NCBI GenBank assembly: GCA_964016885.1
Contig: CAXHJY010000096.1
Coordinates: forward strand, 372,001-436,000
DNA: 64,000 bases
Direction of reading: 5' to 3'
DNA from: Eledone cirrhosa
Taxonomy: Eukaryota
Part shown: one piece after another, positions 52,451 to 64,000 of the stretch
How positions within the stretch are numbered: position 1 is the stretch's first letter
Layout: every line of letters begins with the position of its first letter
The notes under the pieces: model-generated
Told to the model about the DNA's origin: nothing
The model's input: only the letters and a program-made list of their open reading frames with translations
The model's database searches: none
Translations under genes and position numbers: made by a program

Positions 52451-55400
52451 AAAAAACAGGGGGAGATAATTTGTAAAAAAAAATCAAGGGGGAGATAATT
52501 TGTAAAAAAATCAAGGGGGAGATAATTTGTAAAAAAAATCAGGGGGAGATAATTTGTAAAAAAAATCAGGGGGAGATAATTTGTAAAAAAAAATCAGGGG
52601 GAGATAATTTGTAAAAAAAATCAGGGGGAGATAATTTGTAAAAAAAATCAGGGGGAGATAATTTGTAAAAAAAAATCAGGGGGAGATAATTTGTAAAAAA
52701 AAATCAGGGGGAGATAATTTGTAAAAAAAATCAGGGGGAGATAATTTGTAAAAAAAATCAGGGGGAGATAATTTGTAAAAAAAATCAAGGGGAGATAATT
52801 TGCAGCCGTCCAAGGGGAGATAATTTTCAGCCGTCCAAGGAGAGGTAATTTCTAGCCGTCCAAGGGGAGATAATTTCCAGCCGTCCAAGGGGAGATAATT
52901 TCCAGCCGTCCAAGGGGAGATAATTTTTTTTAAAAATCAGGCGGAGATAATTTGTAAAAAAAAAAATCAGGGGGAGATAATTTGTAAAAAAAAATCAGGG
53001 GGAGATAATTTGTAAAAAAAAATCAGGGGGAGATAATTTGTAAAAAAAATCAAGGGGAGATAATTTCCAGCCGTCCAAGGGAAGATAATTTCCAGCCCTC
53101 CAAGGGGCTATAATTTCCAGCGTCCAAGGGGAGATAATTTCCAGCCAGCGAAGGGGAGATAATTTTTTTTTTAAAAATCATGCGGGGATAATTTGTAAAA
53201 AAAATCAGGGGGAGATAATTTGTAAAAAAAATCAAGGGGAGATAATTTCCAGCCGTCCAAAGAGAGATAATTTCTAGCCGTCCAAGGGGAGATAATTTCC
53301 AGCCGTCCAAGGGGAGATAATTTCCCGCCAGCCAAGGGAAGATAATTTTTTAAAAAATCAGGCGGAGATTGTAAAAAAAATCAGGGGGAGATAATTTGTA
53401 AAAAAATCAGGGGGAGATAATTTGTAAAAAAAAAATCAGGGGGAGATAATTTGTAAAAAAAAATCAGAGGGAGATAATTTGTAAAAAAAAATCAGGGGGA
53501 GATAATTTGTAAAAAAAATCAGGGGTAGATAATTTGTAAAAAAAATCAGGGGGAGATAATTTGTAAAAAAAAATCAGGGGGAGATAATTTGTAAAAAAAA
53601 TCAAGGGGAGATAATTTCCAGCCGTCCAAGGGAAGATAATTTCCAGCCGTCCAAGGGAAGATAATTTCCAGCCCTCCAAGGGGCTATAATTTCCAGCGTC
53701 CAAGGGGAGATAATTTCCAGCCAGCGAAGGGGAGATAATTTTTTTTTTAAAAATCATGCGGGGATAATTTGTAAAAAAAATCAGGGGGAGATAATTTGTA
53801 AAAAAAATCAAGGGGAGATAATTTCCAGCCGTCCAAAGAGAGATAATTTCTAGCCGTCCAAGGGGAGATAATTTCCAGCCGTCCAAGGGGAGATAATTTC
53901 CCGCCAGGCAAAGGAAGATAATTTTTTAAAAAATCAGGCGGAGATTGTAAAAAAAATCAGGGGGAGATAATTTGTAAAAAAAATCAGGGGGAGATAATTT
54001 GTAAAAAAAATCAGGGGGAGATAATTTGTAAAAAAAATCAGGGGGAGATAATTTGTAAAAAAAAATCAGGGGGAGATAATTTGTAAAAAAAATCAGGGGG
54101 AGATAATTTGTAAAAAAAATCAGGGGGAGATAATTTGTAAAAAAAATCAAGGGGAGATAATTTGCAGCCGTCCAAGGGGAGATAATTTTCAGCCGTCCAA
54201 GGAGAGGTAATTTCTAGCCGTCCAAGGGGAGATAATTTCCAGCCGTCCAAGGGGAGATAATTTCCAGCCGTTCAAGGGGAGATAATTTTTTTAAAAAAAT
54301 CAGGCGGAGATAATTTGTAAAAAAAAAATCAGGGGGAGATAATTTGTAAAAAAAAATCAGTGGGAGATAATTTGTAAAAAAAAATCAGGGGGAGATAATT
54401 TGTAAAAAAAAATCAGGGGGAGATAATTTGTAAAAAAATCAAGGGGAGATAATTTCCAGCCGGCCAAGGGGAGATAATTTTCAGCCGTCCAAGGAGAGGT
54501 AATTTCTAGCCGTCCAAGGGGAGATAATTTCCAGCCGTCCAAGGGGAGATAATTTCCAGCCGTCCAAGGGGAGATAATTTCCAGCCGTCCAAGGAGACAT
54601 ATTTTCCAGCCGTCCAAGGAGAGGTAATTTCTAGCCGTCCTAGGGGAGATAAATTCCTGCCTCCAAGGGGAGATAATTTCCAGCCAGCCAAGGGGAGATA
54701 ATTTGTAAAAAAATCAGGGGGAGATAATTTGTAAAAAAAATCAGGGGGAGATAATTTGTAAAAAAAAATCAGGGGGAGATAATTTGTAAAAAAAAATCAG
54801 GGGAGATAATTTGTAAAAAAAATCAGGGGAAGATAATTTGTAAAAAAAATCAAGGGGAGATAATTTCCAGCCGTCCAAGGGGAGATAATTTTCAGCCGTC
54901 CAAGGAGAGGTAATTTCTAGCCGTCCAAGGAGAGATAATTTCCAGCCGTCCAAGGGGAGATAATTTCCAGCCGTCCAAGGGGAGATGATTTTTTAAAAAA
55001 AATCAGGCGGAGATAAGTTGTTAAAAAAAATCAGGGGGAGATAATTTGTAAAAAAAAATCAGGGGGAGATAATTTGTAAAAAAAAATCAGGGGGAGATAA
55101 TTTGTAAAAAAAATCAAGGGGAGATAATTTCCAGCCGTCCAAGGGAAGATAATTTCCAGCCCTCCAAGGGGCTATAATTTCCAGCGTCCAAGGGGAGATA
55201 ATTTCCAGCCAGCGAAGGGGAGATAATTTTTAAAAAAAAATCACTGGGATATTTGTAAAAAAAATCAGGGGGAGATAATTTGTAAAAAAAATCAAGGGGA
55301 GATAATTTCCAGCCGTCCAAAGAGAGATAATTTCTAGCCGTCCAAGGGGAGATAATTTCCAGCCTTCCAAGGGGAGATAATTTTTTAAAAAATCAGGTGG

Positions 55401-58400
55401 AGATAATTTGTAAAAAAAATCAGTGGAAGATAATTTGTAAAAACAAAATCAAGGGCAGATAATTTCCAGCCGTCCAAGGGGAGATAATTTCCCGCCAGCC
55501 AAGGGAAGATAATATTTAAAAAAATCAGGCGGAGATAATTTGTAAAAAAAATCAGGGGGAGATAATTTGTAAAAAAATCAGGGGGAGATAATTTGTAAAA
55601 GAAAAATCAGGGGGAGATAATTTGTAAAAAAAATCAGGGGGAGATAATTTGTAAAAAAAATCAGGGGTAGATAATTTGTAAAAAAAAATCAGGGGGAGAT
55701 AATTTGTAAAAAAAATCAGGGGGAGATAATTTGTAAAAAAAATCAAGGGGAGATAATTTGCAGCCGTCCAAGGGGAGATAATTTTCAGCCGTCCAAGGAG
55801 AGATAATTTCTAGCCGTCCAAGGGGAGATAATTTCCAGCCGTCCAAGGGGAGATAATTTCCAGCCGTCCAAGGGGAGATAATTTTTTTTAAAAAATCAAG
55901 CGAAGATAATTTGTAAAAAAAAAATCAGGGGGAGATAATTTGTAAAAAAAAATCAGGGGGAGATAATTTGTAAAAAAAAATCAGGGGGAGATAATTTGTA
56001 AAAAAAAATCAAGGGGAGATAATTTCCAGCCGTCCAAGGGAAGATAATTTCCAGCCGTCCAAGGGAAGATAATTTCCAGCCCTTCAAGGGGCTATAATTT
56101 CCAGCGTCCAAGGGGAGATAATTTCCAGCCAGCGAAGGGGAGATAATTTTTTTTTTAAAAATCAGGGGGAGATAATTTGTAAAAAAAATCAGGGGGAGAT
56201 AATTTGTAAAAAAAAATCAGGGGGAGATAATTTGTAAAAAAAAATCAGGGGGAGATAATTTGTAAAAAAAATCAAGGGGAGATAATTTCAAGCCGTGCAA
56301 GGGGAGATAATTTCCAGCCGTCCAAGGGGAGATAATTTACATCCTTCCAAGGGGAGATAATTTCCCGCCAGCCAAGGGAAGATAATTTTTAAAAAAATCA
56401 GGGGGAGATAATTTGTAAAAAAAAAATCAGGGGGAGATAATTTGTAAAAAAAAATAAAGGGGAGATAATTTGTAAAAAAAATCAGGGGGAGATAATTTGT
56501 AAAAAAAAAATCAGGGGGAGATAATTTGTAAAAAAAAATCAAGGGGAGATAATTTGTAAAAAAAATCAGGGGGAGATAATTTGTAAAAAAAATCAGGGGG
56601 AGATAATTTGTAAAAAAATCAGGGGGAGATAATTTGTAAAAAAAAAATCAGGGGGAGATAATTTGTAAAAAAAATCAAGGGGAGATAATTTGTAAAAAAA
56701 AATCAGGGGGAGATAATTTGTAAAAAAAAATCAGGGGGAGATAATTTGTAAAAAAAATCAAGGGGAGATAATTTGCAGCCGTCCAAGGGGAGATAATTTT
56801 CAGCCGTCCAAGGAGAGATAATTTCTAGCCGTCCAAGGGGAGATAATTTCCAGCCGTCCAAGGGGAGATAATTTCCAGCCGTCCAAGGGGAGATAATTTT
56901 TTTTAAAAAATCAAGCGGAGATAATTTGTAAAAAAAAAATCAGGGGGAGATAATTTGTAAAAAAAAATCAGGGGGAGATAATTTGTAAAAAAAAATCAGG
57001 GGGAGATAATTTGTAAAAAAAATCAAGGGGAGATAATTTCCAGCCGTCCAAGGGAAGATAATTTCCAGCCGTCCAAGGGAAGATAATTTCCAGCCCTCCA
57101 AGGGGCTATAATTTCCAGCGTCCAAGGGGAGATAATTTCCAGCCAGCGAAGGGGAGATAATTTTTTTTTTTTAAATCAGGGGGAGATAATTTGTAAAAAA
57201 AATCAGGGGGAGATAATTTGTAAAAAAAAATCAGGGGGAGATAATTTGTAAAAAAAAATCAGGGGGAGATAATTTGTAAAAAAAATCAAAGGGAGATAAT
57301 TTCCAGCCGTGCAAGGGGAGATAATTTCCAGCCGTCCAAGGGGAGATAATTTACATCCTTCCAAGGGGAGATAATTTCCAGCCGTCCAAGGGGAGATAAT
57401 TTCCCGCCAGCCAAGGGAAGATAATTTTTAAAAAAATCAGGGGGAGATAATTTGTAAAAAATAAAAAAATCAAGGGGAGATAATTTGTAAAAAAAATCAG
57501 GGGGAGATAATTTGTAAAAAAAATCAGGGGGAGATAATTTGTAAAAAAATCAGGGGGAGATAATTTGTAAAAAAAAAATCAGGGGGAGATAATTTGTAAA
57601 AAAAAATCAAGGGGAGATAATTTGTAAAAAAAAATCAGGGGGAGATAATTTGTAAAAAAAATCAGGGGGAGATAATTTGTAAAAAAATCAGGGGGAGATA
57701 ATTTGTAAAAAAAAATCAGGGGGAGATAATTTGTAAAAAAAAATCAGGGGGAGATAATTTGTAAAAAAAATCAGGGGGAGATAATTTGTAAAAAAAATCA
57801 GGGGGAGATAATTTGTAAAAAAAATCAAGGGGAGATAATTTGCAGCCGTCCAAGGGGAGATAATTTTCAGCCGTCCAAGGAGAGGTAATTTCTAGCCGTC
57901 CAAGGGGAGATAATTTCCAGCCGTCCAAGGGGAGATAATTTCCAGCCGTCCAAGGGGAGATAATTTTTTTTTAAAAATCAGGCGGAGATAATTTGTAAAA
58001 AAAAAAATCAGGGGGAGATAATTTGTAAAAAAAAATCAGGGGGAGATAATTTGTAAAAAAAAATCAGGGGGAGATAATTTGTAAAAAAAATCAAGGGGAG
58101 ATAATTTCCAGCCGTCCAAGGGAAGATAATTTCCAGCCCTCCAAGGGGCTATAATTTCCAGCGTCCAAGGGGAGATAATTTCCAGCCAGCGAAGGGGAGA
58201 TAATTTTTTTTAAAAAAATCATGCGGGGATAATTTGTAAAAAAAATCAGGGGGAGATAATTTGTAAAAAAAATCAAGGGGAGATAATTTCCAGCCGTCCA
58301 AAGAGAGATAATTTCTAGCCGTCCAAGGGGAGATAATTTCCAGCCGTCCAAGGGGAGATAATTTCCCGCCAGCCAAGGGAAGATAATTTTTTAAAAAATC

Positions 58401-59889
58401 AGGCGGAGATTGTAAAAAAAATCAGGGGGAGATAATTTGTAAAAAAATCAGGGGGAGATAATTTGTAAAAAAAAAAATCAGGGGGAGATAATTTGTAAAA
58501 AAAAATCAGAGGGAGGTAATTTGTAAAACAAAATCAGGGGGAGATAATTTGTAAAAAAAATCAGGGGTAGATAATTTGTAAAAAAAATCAGGGGGAGATA
58601 ATTTGTAAAAAAAAATCAGGGGGAGATAATTTGTAAAAAAAATCAAGGGGAGATAATTTCCAGCCGTCCAAGGGAAGATAATTTCCAGCCGTCCAAGGGA
58701 AGATAATTTCCAGCCCTCCAAGGGGCTATAATTTCCAGCGTCCAAGGGGAGATAATTTCCAGCCAGCGAAGGGGAGATAATTTTTTTTTTAAAAATCAGG
58801 GGTAGATAATTTGTAAAAAAAATCAGGGGGAGATAATTTGTAAAAAAAAATCAGGGGGAGATAATTTGTAAAAAAAATCAAGGGGAGATAATTTCCAGCC
58901 GTGCAAGGGGAGATAATTTCCAGCCGTCCAAGGGGAGATAATTTACATCCTTCCAAGGGGAGATAATTTCCAGCCGTCCAAGGGGAGATAATTTCCCGCC
59001 AGCCAAGGGAAGATAATTTTTAAAAAAATCAGGGGGAGATAATTTGTAAAAAAAAAATCAGGGGGAGATAATTTGTAAAAAAAAATCAAGGGGAGATAAT
59101 TTGTAAAAAAAAATCAGGGGGAGATAATTTGTAAAAAAAATCAGGGGGAGATAATTTGTAAAGAAAATCAAGGGGAGTTAATTTCCAGCCGTCCAAGGGG
59201 AGATAATTTTCATCCGTCCAAGGATAGGTAATTTCTAGCCGTCCAAGGAGAGATAATTTCCAGCCGTCCAAGGGGAGATAATTTCCAGCCGTCCAAGGGG
59301 AGATAATTTTTTTAAAAAAATCAGGCGGAGATAAGTTGTAAAAAAAATCAGGGGGAGATAATTTGTAAAAAAAAATCAGGGGGAGATAATTTGTAAAAAA
59401 AAATCAGGGGGAGATAATTTGTAAAAAAAATCAAGAGAAGATAATTTCCAGCCGTCCAAGGCAAGATAATTTCCAGCCCTCCAAGGGGCTATAATTTCCA
59501 GCGTCCAAGGGGAGATAATTTCCAGCCAGCGAAGGGGAGATAATTTAAAAAAAAAAATCAGTGGGAGATTTGTAAAAAAAATCAGGGGGAGATAATTTGT
59601 AAAAAAAATCAAGGGGAGATAATTTCCAGCCGTCCAAAGAGAGATAATTTCTAGCCGTCCAAGGGGAGATAATTTCCAGCCAAGGGGAGATAATTTCCAG
59701 CCGTCCAAGGGAAGATAATATTTAAAAAAATCAGGCGGAGATAATTTGTAAAAAAAATCAGGGGGAGATAATTTGTAAAAAAATCAGGGGGAGATAATTT
59801 GTAAAAGAAAAATCAGGGGGAGATAATTTGTAAAAAAAATCAGGGGGAGATAATTTGTAAAAAAAATCAGGGGTAGATAATTTGTAAAA

Positions 59890-62560
59890 AAAAATCAGGG
59901 GGAGATAATTTGTAAAAAAAAATCAGGGGGAGATAATTTGTAAAAAAAATCAAGGGGAGATAATTTGCAGCCGTCCAAGGGGAGATAATTTTCAGCCGTC
60001 CAAGGAGAGATAATTTCTAGCCGTCCAAGGGGAGATAATTTCCAGCCGTCCAAGGGGAGATAATTTCCAGCCGTCCAAGGGGAGATAATTTTTTTTTAAA
60101 AATCAAGCGGAGATAATTTGTAAAAAAAAAATCAGGGGGAGATAATTTGTAAAAAAAAATCAGGGGGAGATAATTTGTAAAAAAAAATCAGGGGGAGATA
60201 ATTTGTAAAAAAAATCAAGGGGAGATAATTTCCAGCCGTCCAAGGGAAGATAATTTCCAGCCGTCCAAGGGAAGATAATTTCCAGCCCTCCAAGGGGCTA
60301 TAATTTCCAGCGTCCAAGGGGAGATAATTTCCAGCCAGCGAAGGGGAGATAATTTTTTTTTTAAAAATCAGGGGGAGATAATTTGTAAAAAAAATCAGGG
60401 GGAGATAATTTGTAAAAAAAAATCAGGGGGAGATAATTTGTAAAAAAAAATCAGGGGGAGATAATTTGTAAAAAAAATCAAGGGGAGATAATTTCCAGCC
60501 GTGCAAGGGGAGATAATTTCCAGCCGTCCAAGGGGAGATAATTTACATCCTTCCAAGGGGAGATAATTTCCAGCCGTCCAAGGGGAGATAATTTCCCGCC
60601 AGCCAAGGGAAGATAATTTTTAAAAAAATCAGGGGGAGATAATTTGTAAAAAAAAAATCAGGGGGAGATAATTTGTAACAAAAAATCAAGGGGAGATAAT
60701 TTGTAAAAAAAATCAGGGGGAGATAATTTGTAAAAAAAATCAGGGGGAGATAATTTGTAAAAAAATCAGGGGGAGATAATTTGTAAAAAAAAATCAGGGG
60801 GAGATAATTTGTAAAAAAAAATCAAGGGGAGATAATTTGTAAAAAAAAATCAGGGGGAGATAATTTGTAAAAAAAAATCAGGGGGAGATAATTTGTAAAA
60901 AAAATCAAGGGGAGATAATTTGCAGCCGTCGAAGGGGAGATAATTTTCAGCCGTCCAAGGAGAGATAATTTCTAGCCGTCCAAGGGGAGATAATTTCCAG
61001 CCGTCCAAGGGGAGATAATTTCCAGCCGTCCAAGGGGAGATAATTTTTTTTAAAAAATCAAGCGGAGATAATTTGTAAAAAAAAAATCAGGGGGAGATAA
61101 TTTGTAAAAAAAAATCAGGGGGAGATAATTTGTAAAAAAAAATCAGGGGGAGATAATTTGTAAAAAAAATCAAGGGGAGATAATTTCCAGCCGTCCAAGG
61201 GAAGATAATTTCCAGCCGTCCAAGGGAAGATAATTTCCAGCCCTCCAAGGGGCTATAATTTCCAGCGTCCAAGGGGAGATAATTTCCAGCCAGCGAAGGG
61301 GAGATAATTTTTTTTTAAAAAATCAGGGGGAGATAATTTGTAAAAAAAATCAGGGGGAGATAATTTGTAAAAAAAAATCAGGGGGAGATAATTTGTAAAA
61401 AAAAATCAGGGGGAGATAATTTGTAAAAAAAATCAAGGGGAGATAATTTCCAGCCGTGCAAGGGGAGATAATTTCCAGCCGTCCAAGGGGAGATAATTTA
61501 CATCCTTCCAAGGGGAGATAATTTCCAGCCGTCCAAGGGGAGATAATTTCCCGCCAGCCAAGGGAAGATAATTTTTAAAAAAATCAGGGGGAGATAATTT
61601 GTAAAAAAAAAATCAGGGGGAGATAATTTGTAACAAAAAATCAAGGGGAGATAATTTGTAAAAAAAATCAGGGGGAGATAATTTGTAAAAAAAATCAGGG
61701 GGAGATAATTTGTAAAAAAATCAGGGGGAGATAATTTGTAAAAAAAAATCAGGGGGAGATAATTTGTAAAAAAAAATCAAGGGGAGATAATTTGTAAAAA
61801 AAAATCAGGGGGAGATAATTTGTAAAAAAAAATCAGGGGGAGATAATTTGTAAAAAAAATCAAGGGGAGATAATTTGCAGCCGTCGAAGGGGAGATAATT
61901 TTCAGCCGTCCAAGGAGAGATAATTTCTAGCCGTCCAAGGGGAGATAATTTCCAGCCGTCCAAGGGGAGATAATTTCCAGCCGTCCAAGGGGAGATAATT
62001 TTTTTTAAAAAATCAAGCGGAGATAATTTGTAAAAAAAAAATCAGGGGGAGATAATTTGTAAAAAAAAATCAGGGGGAGATAATTTGTAAAAAAAAATCA
62101 GGGGGAGATAATTTGTAAAAAAAATCAAGGGGAGATAATTTCCAGCCGTCCAAGGGAAGATAATTTCCAGCCGTCCAAGGGAAGATAATTTCCAGCCCTC
62201 CAAGGGGCTATAATTTCCAGCGTCCAAGGGGAGATAATTTCCAGCCAGCGAAGGGGAGATAATTTTTTTTTATAAAATCAGGGGGAGATAATTTGTAAAA
62301 AAAATCAGGGGGAGATAATTTGTAAAAAAAAATCAGGGGGAGATAATTTGTAAAAAAAAATCAGGGGGAGATAATTTGTAAAAAAAATCAAGGGGAGATA
62401 ATTTCCAGCCGTGCAAGGGGAGATAATTTCCAGCCGTCCAAGGGGAGATAATTTACATCCTTCCAAGGGGAGATAATTTCCAGCCGTCCAAGGGGAGATA
62501 ATTTCCCGCCAGCCAAGGGAAGATAATTTTTAAAAAAATCAGGGGGAGATAATTTGTAAA
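59890..62560 (+). repeat. Tandem 955-bp unit x~3 (second cluster)
   Basis: ORFs at 60132, 61087, 62042. GTCGAAGG at 60928 and 61883. Confidence 0.92.
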
Positions 62561-64000
62561 AAAAAAACAGGGGGAGATAATTTGTAAAAAAAAATCAAGG
62601 GGGAGATAATTTGTAAAAAAATCAAGGGGGAGATAATTTGTAAAAAAAATCAGGGGGAGATAATTTGTAAAAAAAATCAGGGGGAGATAATTTGTAAAAA
62701 AAAATCAGGGGGAGATAATTTGTAAAAAAAATCAGGGGGAGATAATTTGTAAAAAAAATCAGGGGGAGATAATTTGTAAAAAAAAATCAGGGGGAGATAA
62801 TTTGTAAAAAAAAATCAGGGGGAGATAATTTGTAAAAAAAATCAGGGGGAGATAATTTGTAAAAAAAATCAGGGGGAGATAATTTGTAAAAAAAATCAAG
62901 GGGAGATAATTTGCAGCCGTCCAAGGGGAGATAATTTTCAGCCGTCCAAGGAGAGGTAATTTCTAGCCGTCCAAGGGGAGATAATTTCCAGCCGTCCAAG
63001 GGGAGATAATTTCCAGCCGTCCAAGGGGAGATAATTTTTTTTTAAAAATCAGGCGGAGATAATTTGTAAAAAAAAAAATCAGGGGGAGATAATTTGTAAA
63101 AAAAAATCAGGGGGAGATAATTTGTAAAAAAAAATCAGGGGGAGATAATTTGTAAAAAAAATCAAGGGGAGATAATTTCCAGCCGTCCAAGGGAAGATAA
63201 TTTCCAGCCCTCCAAGGGGCTATAATTTCCAGCGTCCAAGGGGAGATAATTTCCAGCCAGCGAAGGGGAGATAATTTTTTTTTTAAAAATCATGCGGGGA
63301 TAATTTGTAAAAAAAATCAGGGGGAGATAATTTGTAAAAAAAATCAAGGGGAGATAATTTCCAGCCGTCCAAAGAGAGATAATTTCTAGCCGTCCAAGGG
63401 GAGATAATTTCCAGCCGTCCAAGGGGAGATAATTTCCCGCCAGCCAAGGGAAGATAATTTTTTAAAAAATCAGGCGGAGATTGTAAAAAAAATCAGGGGG
63501 AGATAATTTGTAAAAAAATCAGGGGGAGATAATTTGTAAAAAAAAAATCAGGGGGAGATAATTTGTAAAAAAAAATCAGAGGGAGATAATTTGTAAAAAA
63601 AAATCAGGGGGAGATAATTTGTAAAAAAAATCAGGGGTAGATAATTTGTAAAAAAAATCAGGGGGAGATAATTTGTAAAAAAAAATCAGGGGGAGATAAT
63701 TTGTAAAAAAAATCAAGGGGAGATAATTTCCAGCCGTCCAAGGGAAGATAATTTCCAGCCGTCCAAGGGAAGATAATTTCCAGCCCTCCAAGGGGCTATA
63801 ATTTCCAGCGTCCAAGGGGAGATAATTTCCAGCCAGCGAAGGGGAGATAATTTTTTTTTTAAAAATCATGCGGGGATAATTTGTAAAAAAAATCAGGGGG
63901 AGATAATTTGTAAAAAAAATCAAGGGGAGATAATTTCCAGCCGTCCAAAGAGAGATAATTTCTAGCCGTCCAAGGGGAGATAATTTCCAGCCGTCCAAGG

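Larger units (their letters stand above)
1..64000 (+). repeat. Composite two-monomer satellite DNA array (25-bp type A plus ~27-bp type B, shared core GGGGAGATAATTT), extending beyond both window ends
   Basis: The core GGGGAGATAATTT or a close variant recurs every ~21-33 bp from first to last base, always on the same strand (about 2,400 monomers by length/26). It is followed either by CCAGCCGTCCAA (A) or by GT-A7-10-TCA (B). No non-repeat sequence was seen. Confidence 0.98.
43100..64000 (+). repeat. Right-hand sub-domain with a ~9.3-10.1 kb higher-order unit (starts near 43.1, 52.4 and 62.5 kb)
   Basis: Offsets ~9,317 (43359>52676, 45040>54357, 46971>56288) and ~10,111 (48975>59086, 50021>60132, 52676>62787). 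Domain-specific variants TCATGCGGGG, TTTACATCC and GTCGAAGG. Confidence 0.85.

Noticed and set aside
124-63998. Numerous short minus-strand ORFs (KLSPLG/LEIISPW/FFTNYLPL repeats)
   Set aside because: They are overlapping translations of 25-28-bp monomers that constantly shift frame. They are minus-strand only because the + strand has TAA in nearly every monomer. No domain, no frame preservation and no gene context.
1-64000. CRISPR-like constant repeat plus variable spacer
   Set aside because: The constant part is only ~13 bp, the 'spacers' are ~12-15 bp and fall into two recurring classes rather than unique sequences, and there are no cas genes or leader.
1-64000. Telomerase-type long telomeric repeat (some budding yeasts use 23-25-bp units)
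   Set aside because: Two monomer types, inherited variants and multi-kb higher-order duplications indicate recombinational amplification rather than templated addition. A subtelomeric location cannot be excluded.
1-64000. G-quadruplex array from G4-G5 runs on the + strand
   Set aside because: Loops between G-runs are ~21-23 nt, far longer than in canonical stable intramolecular G4 motifs.
1-64000. Retrotransposon/SINE poly-A tails, plasmid iterons or intrinsic terminators
   Set aside because: The A- and T-tracts are integral parts of the monomers. No element body, target-site duplication, rep gene or GC stem-loop with gene context was seen.
1-64000. Assignment to a named satellite family, species or functional centromere
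   Set aside because: I do not recognise the monomer and see no known motif such as a CENP-B box. This needs a database search and chromatin data.

Overview
The whole 64 kb window is one uninterrupted, head-to-tail satellite DNA array. I found no supportable genes, RNA genes, transposons, unique sequence or inversions. It is built from two related short monomers sharing the core GGGGAGATAATTT: type A (25 bp, CCAAGGGGAGATAATTTCCAGCCGT) and type B (mostly 26-29 bp, TCAGGGGGAGATAATTTGT-A7-10). These alternate in runs joined by stereotyped junction monomers. The runs form recurrent modules of a few hundred bp, arranged in nested, irregular higher-order duplications with offsets of 576, 955, ~1013, 1486, ~7.5k, ~9.3k, ~10.0-10.1k, ~13.6-13.7k and ~18.9k bp. 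A sub-domain change occurs near 43.1 kb. The most unusual feature is a TnAm junction whose T/A boundary slides between homologous copies while its total length stays fixed. All listed ORFs are translation artefacts of the repeat. The organism and chromosomal position (centromeric, subtelomeric or other heterochromatin) cannot be determined from sequence alone; a eukaryotic source is an inference. Duplication boundaries are approximate, read by eye from diagnostic variants and ORF-track offsets.
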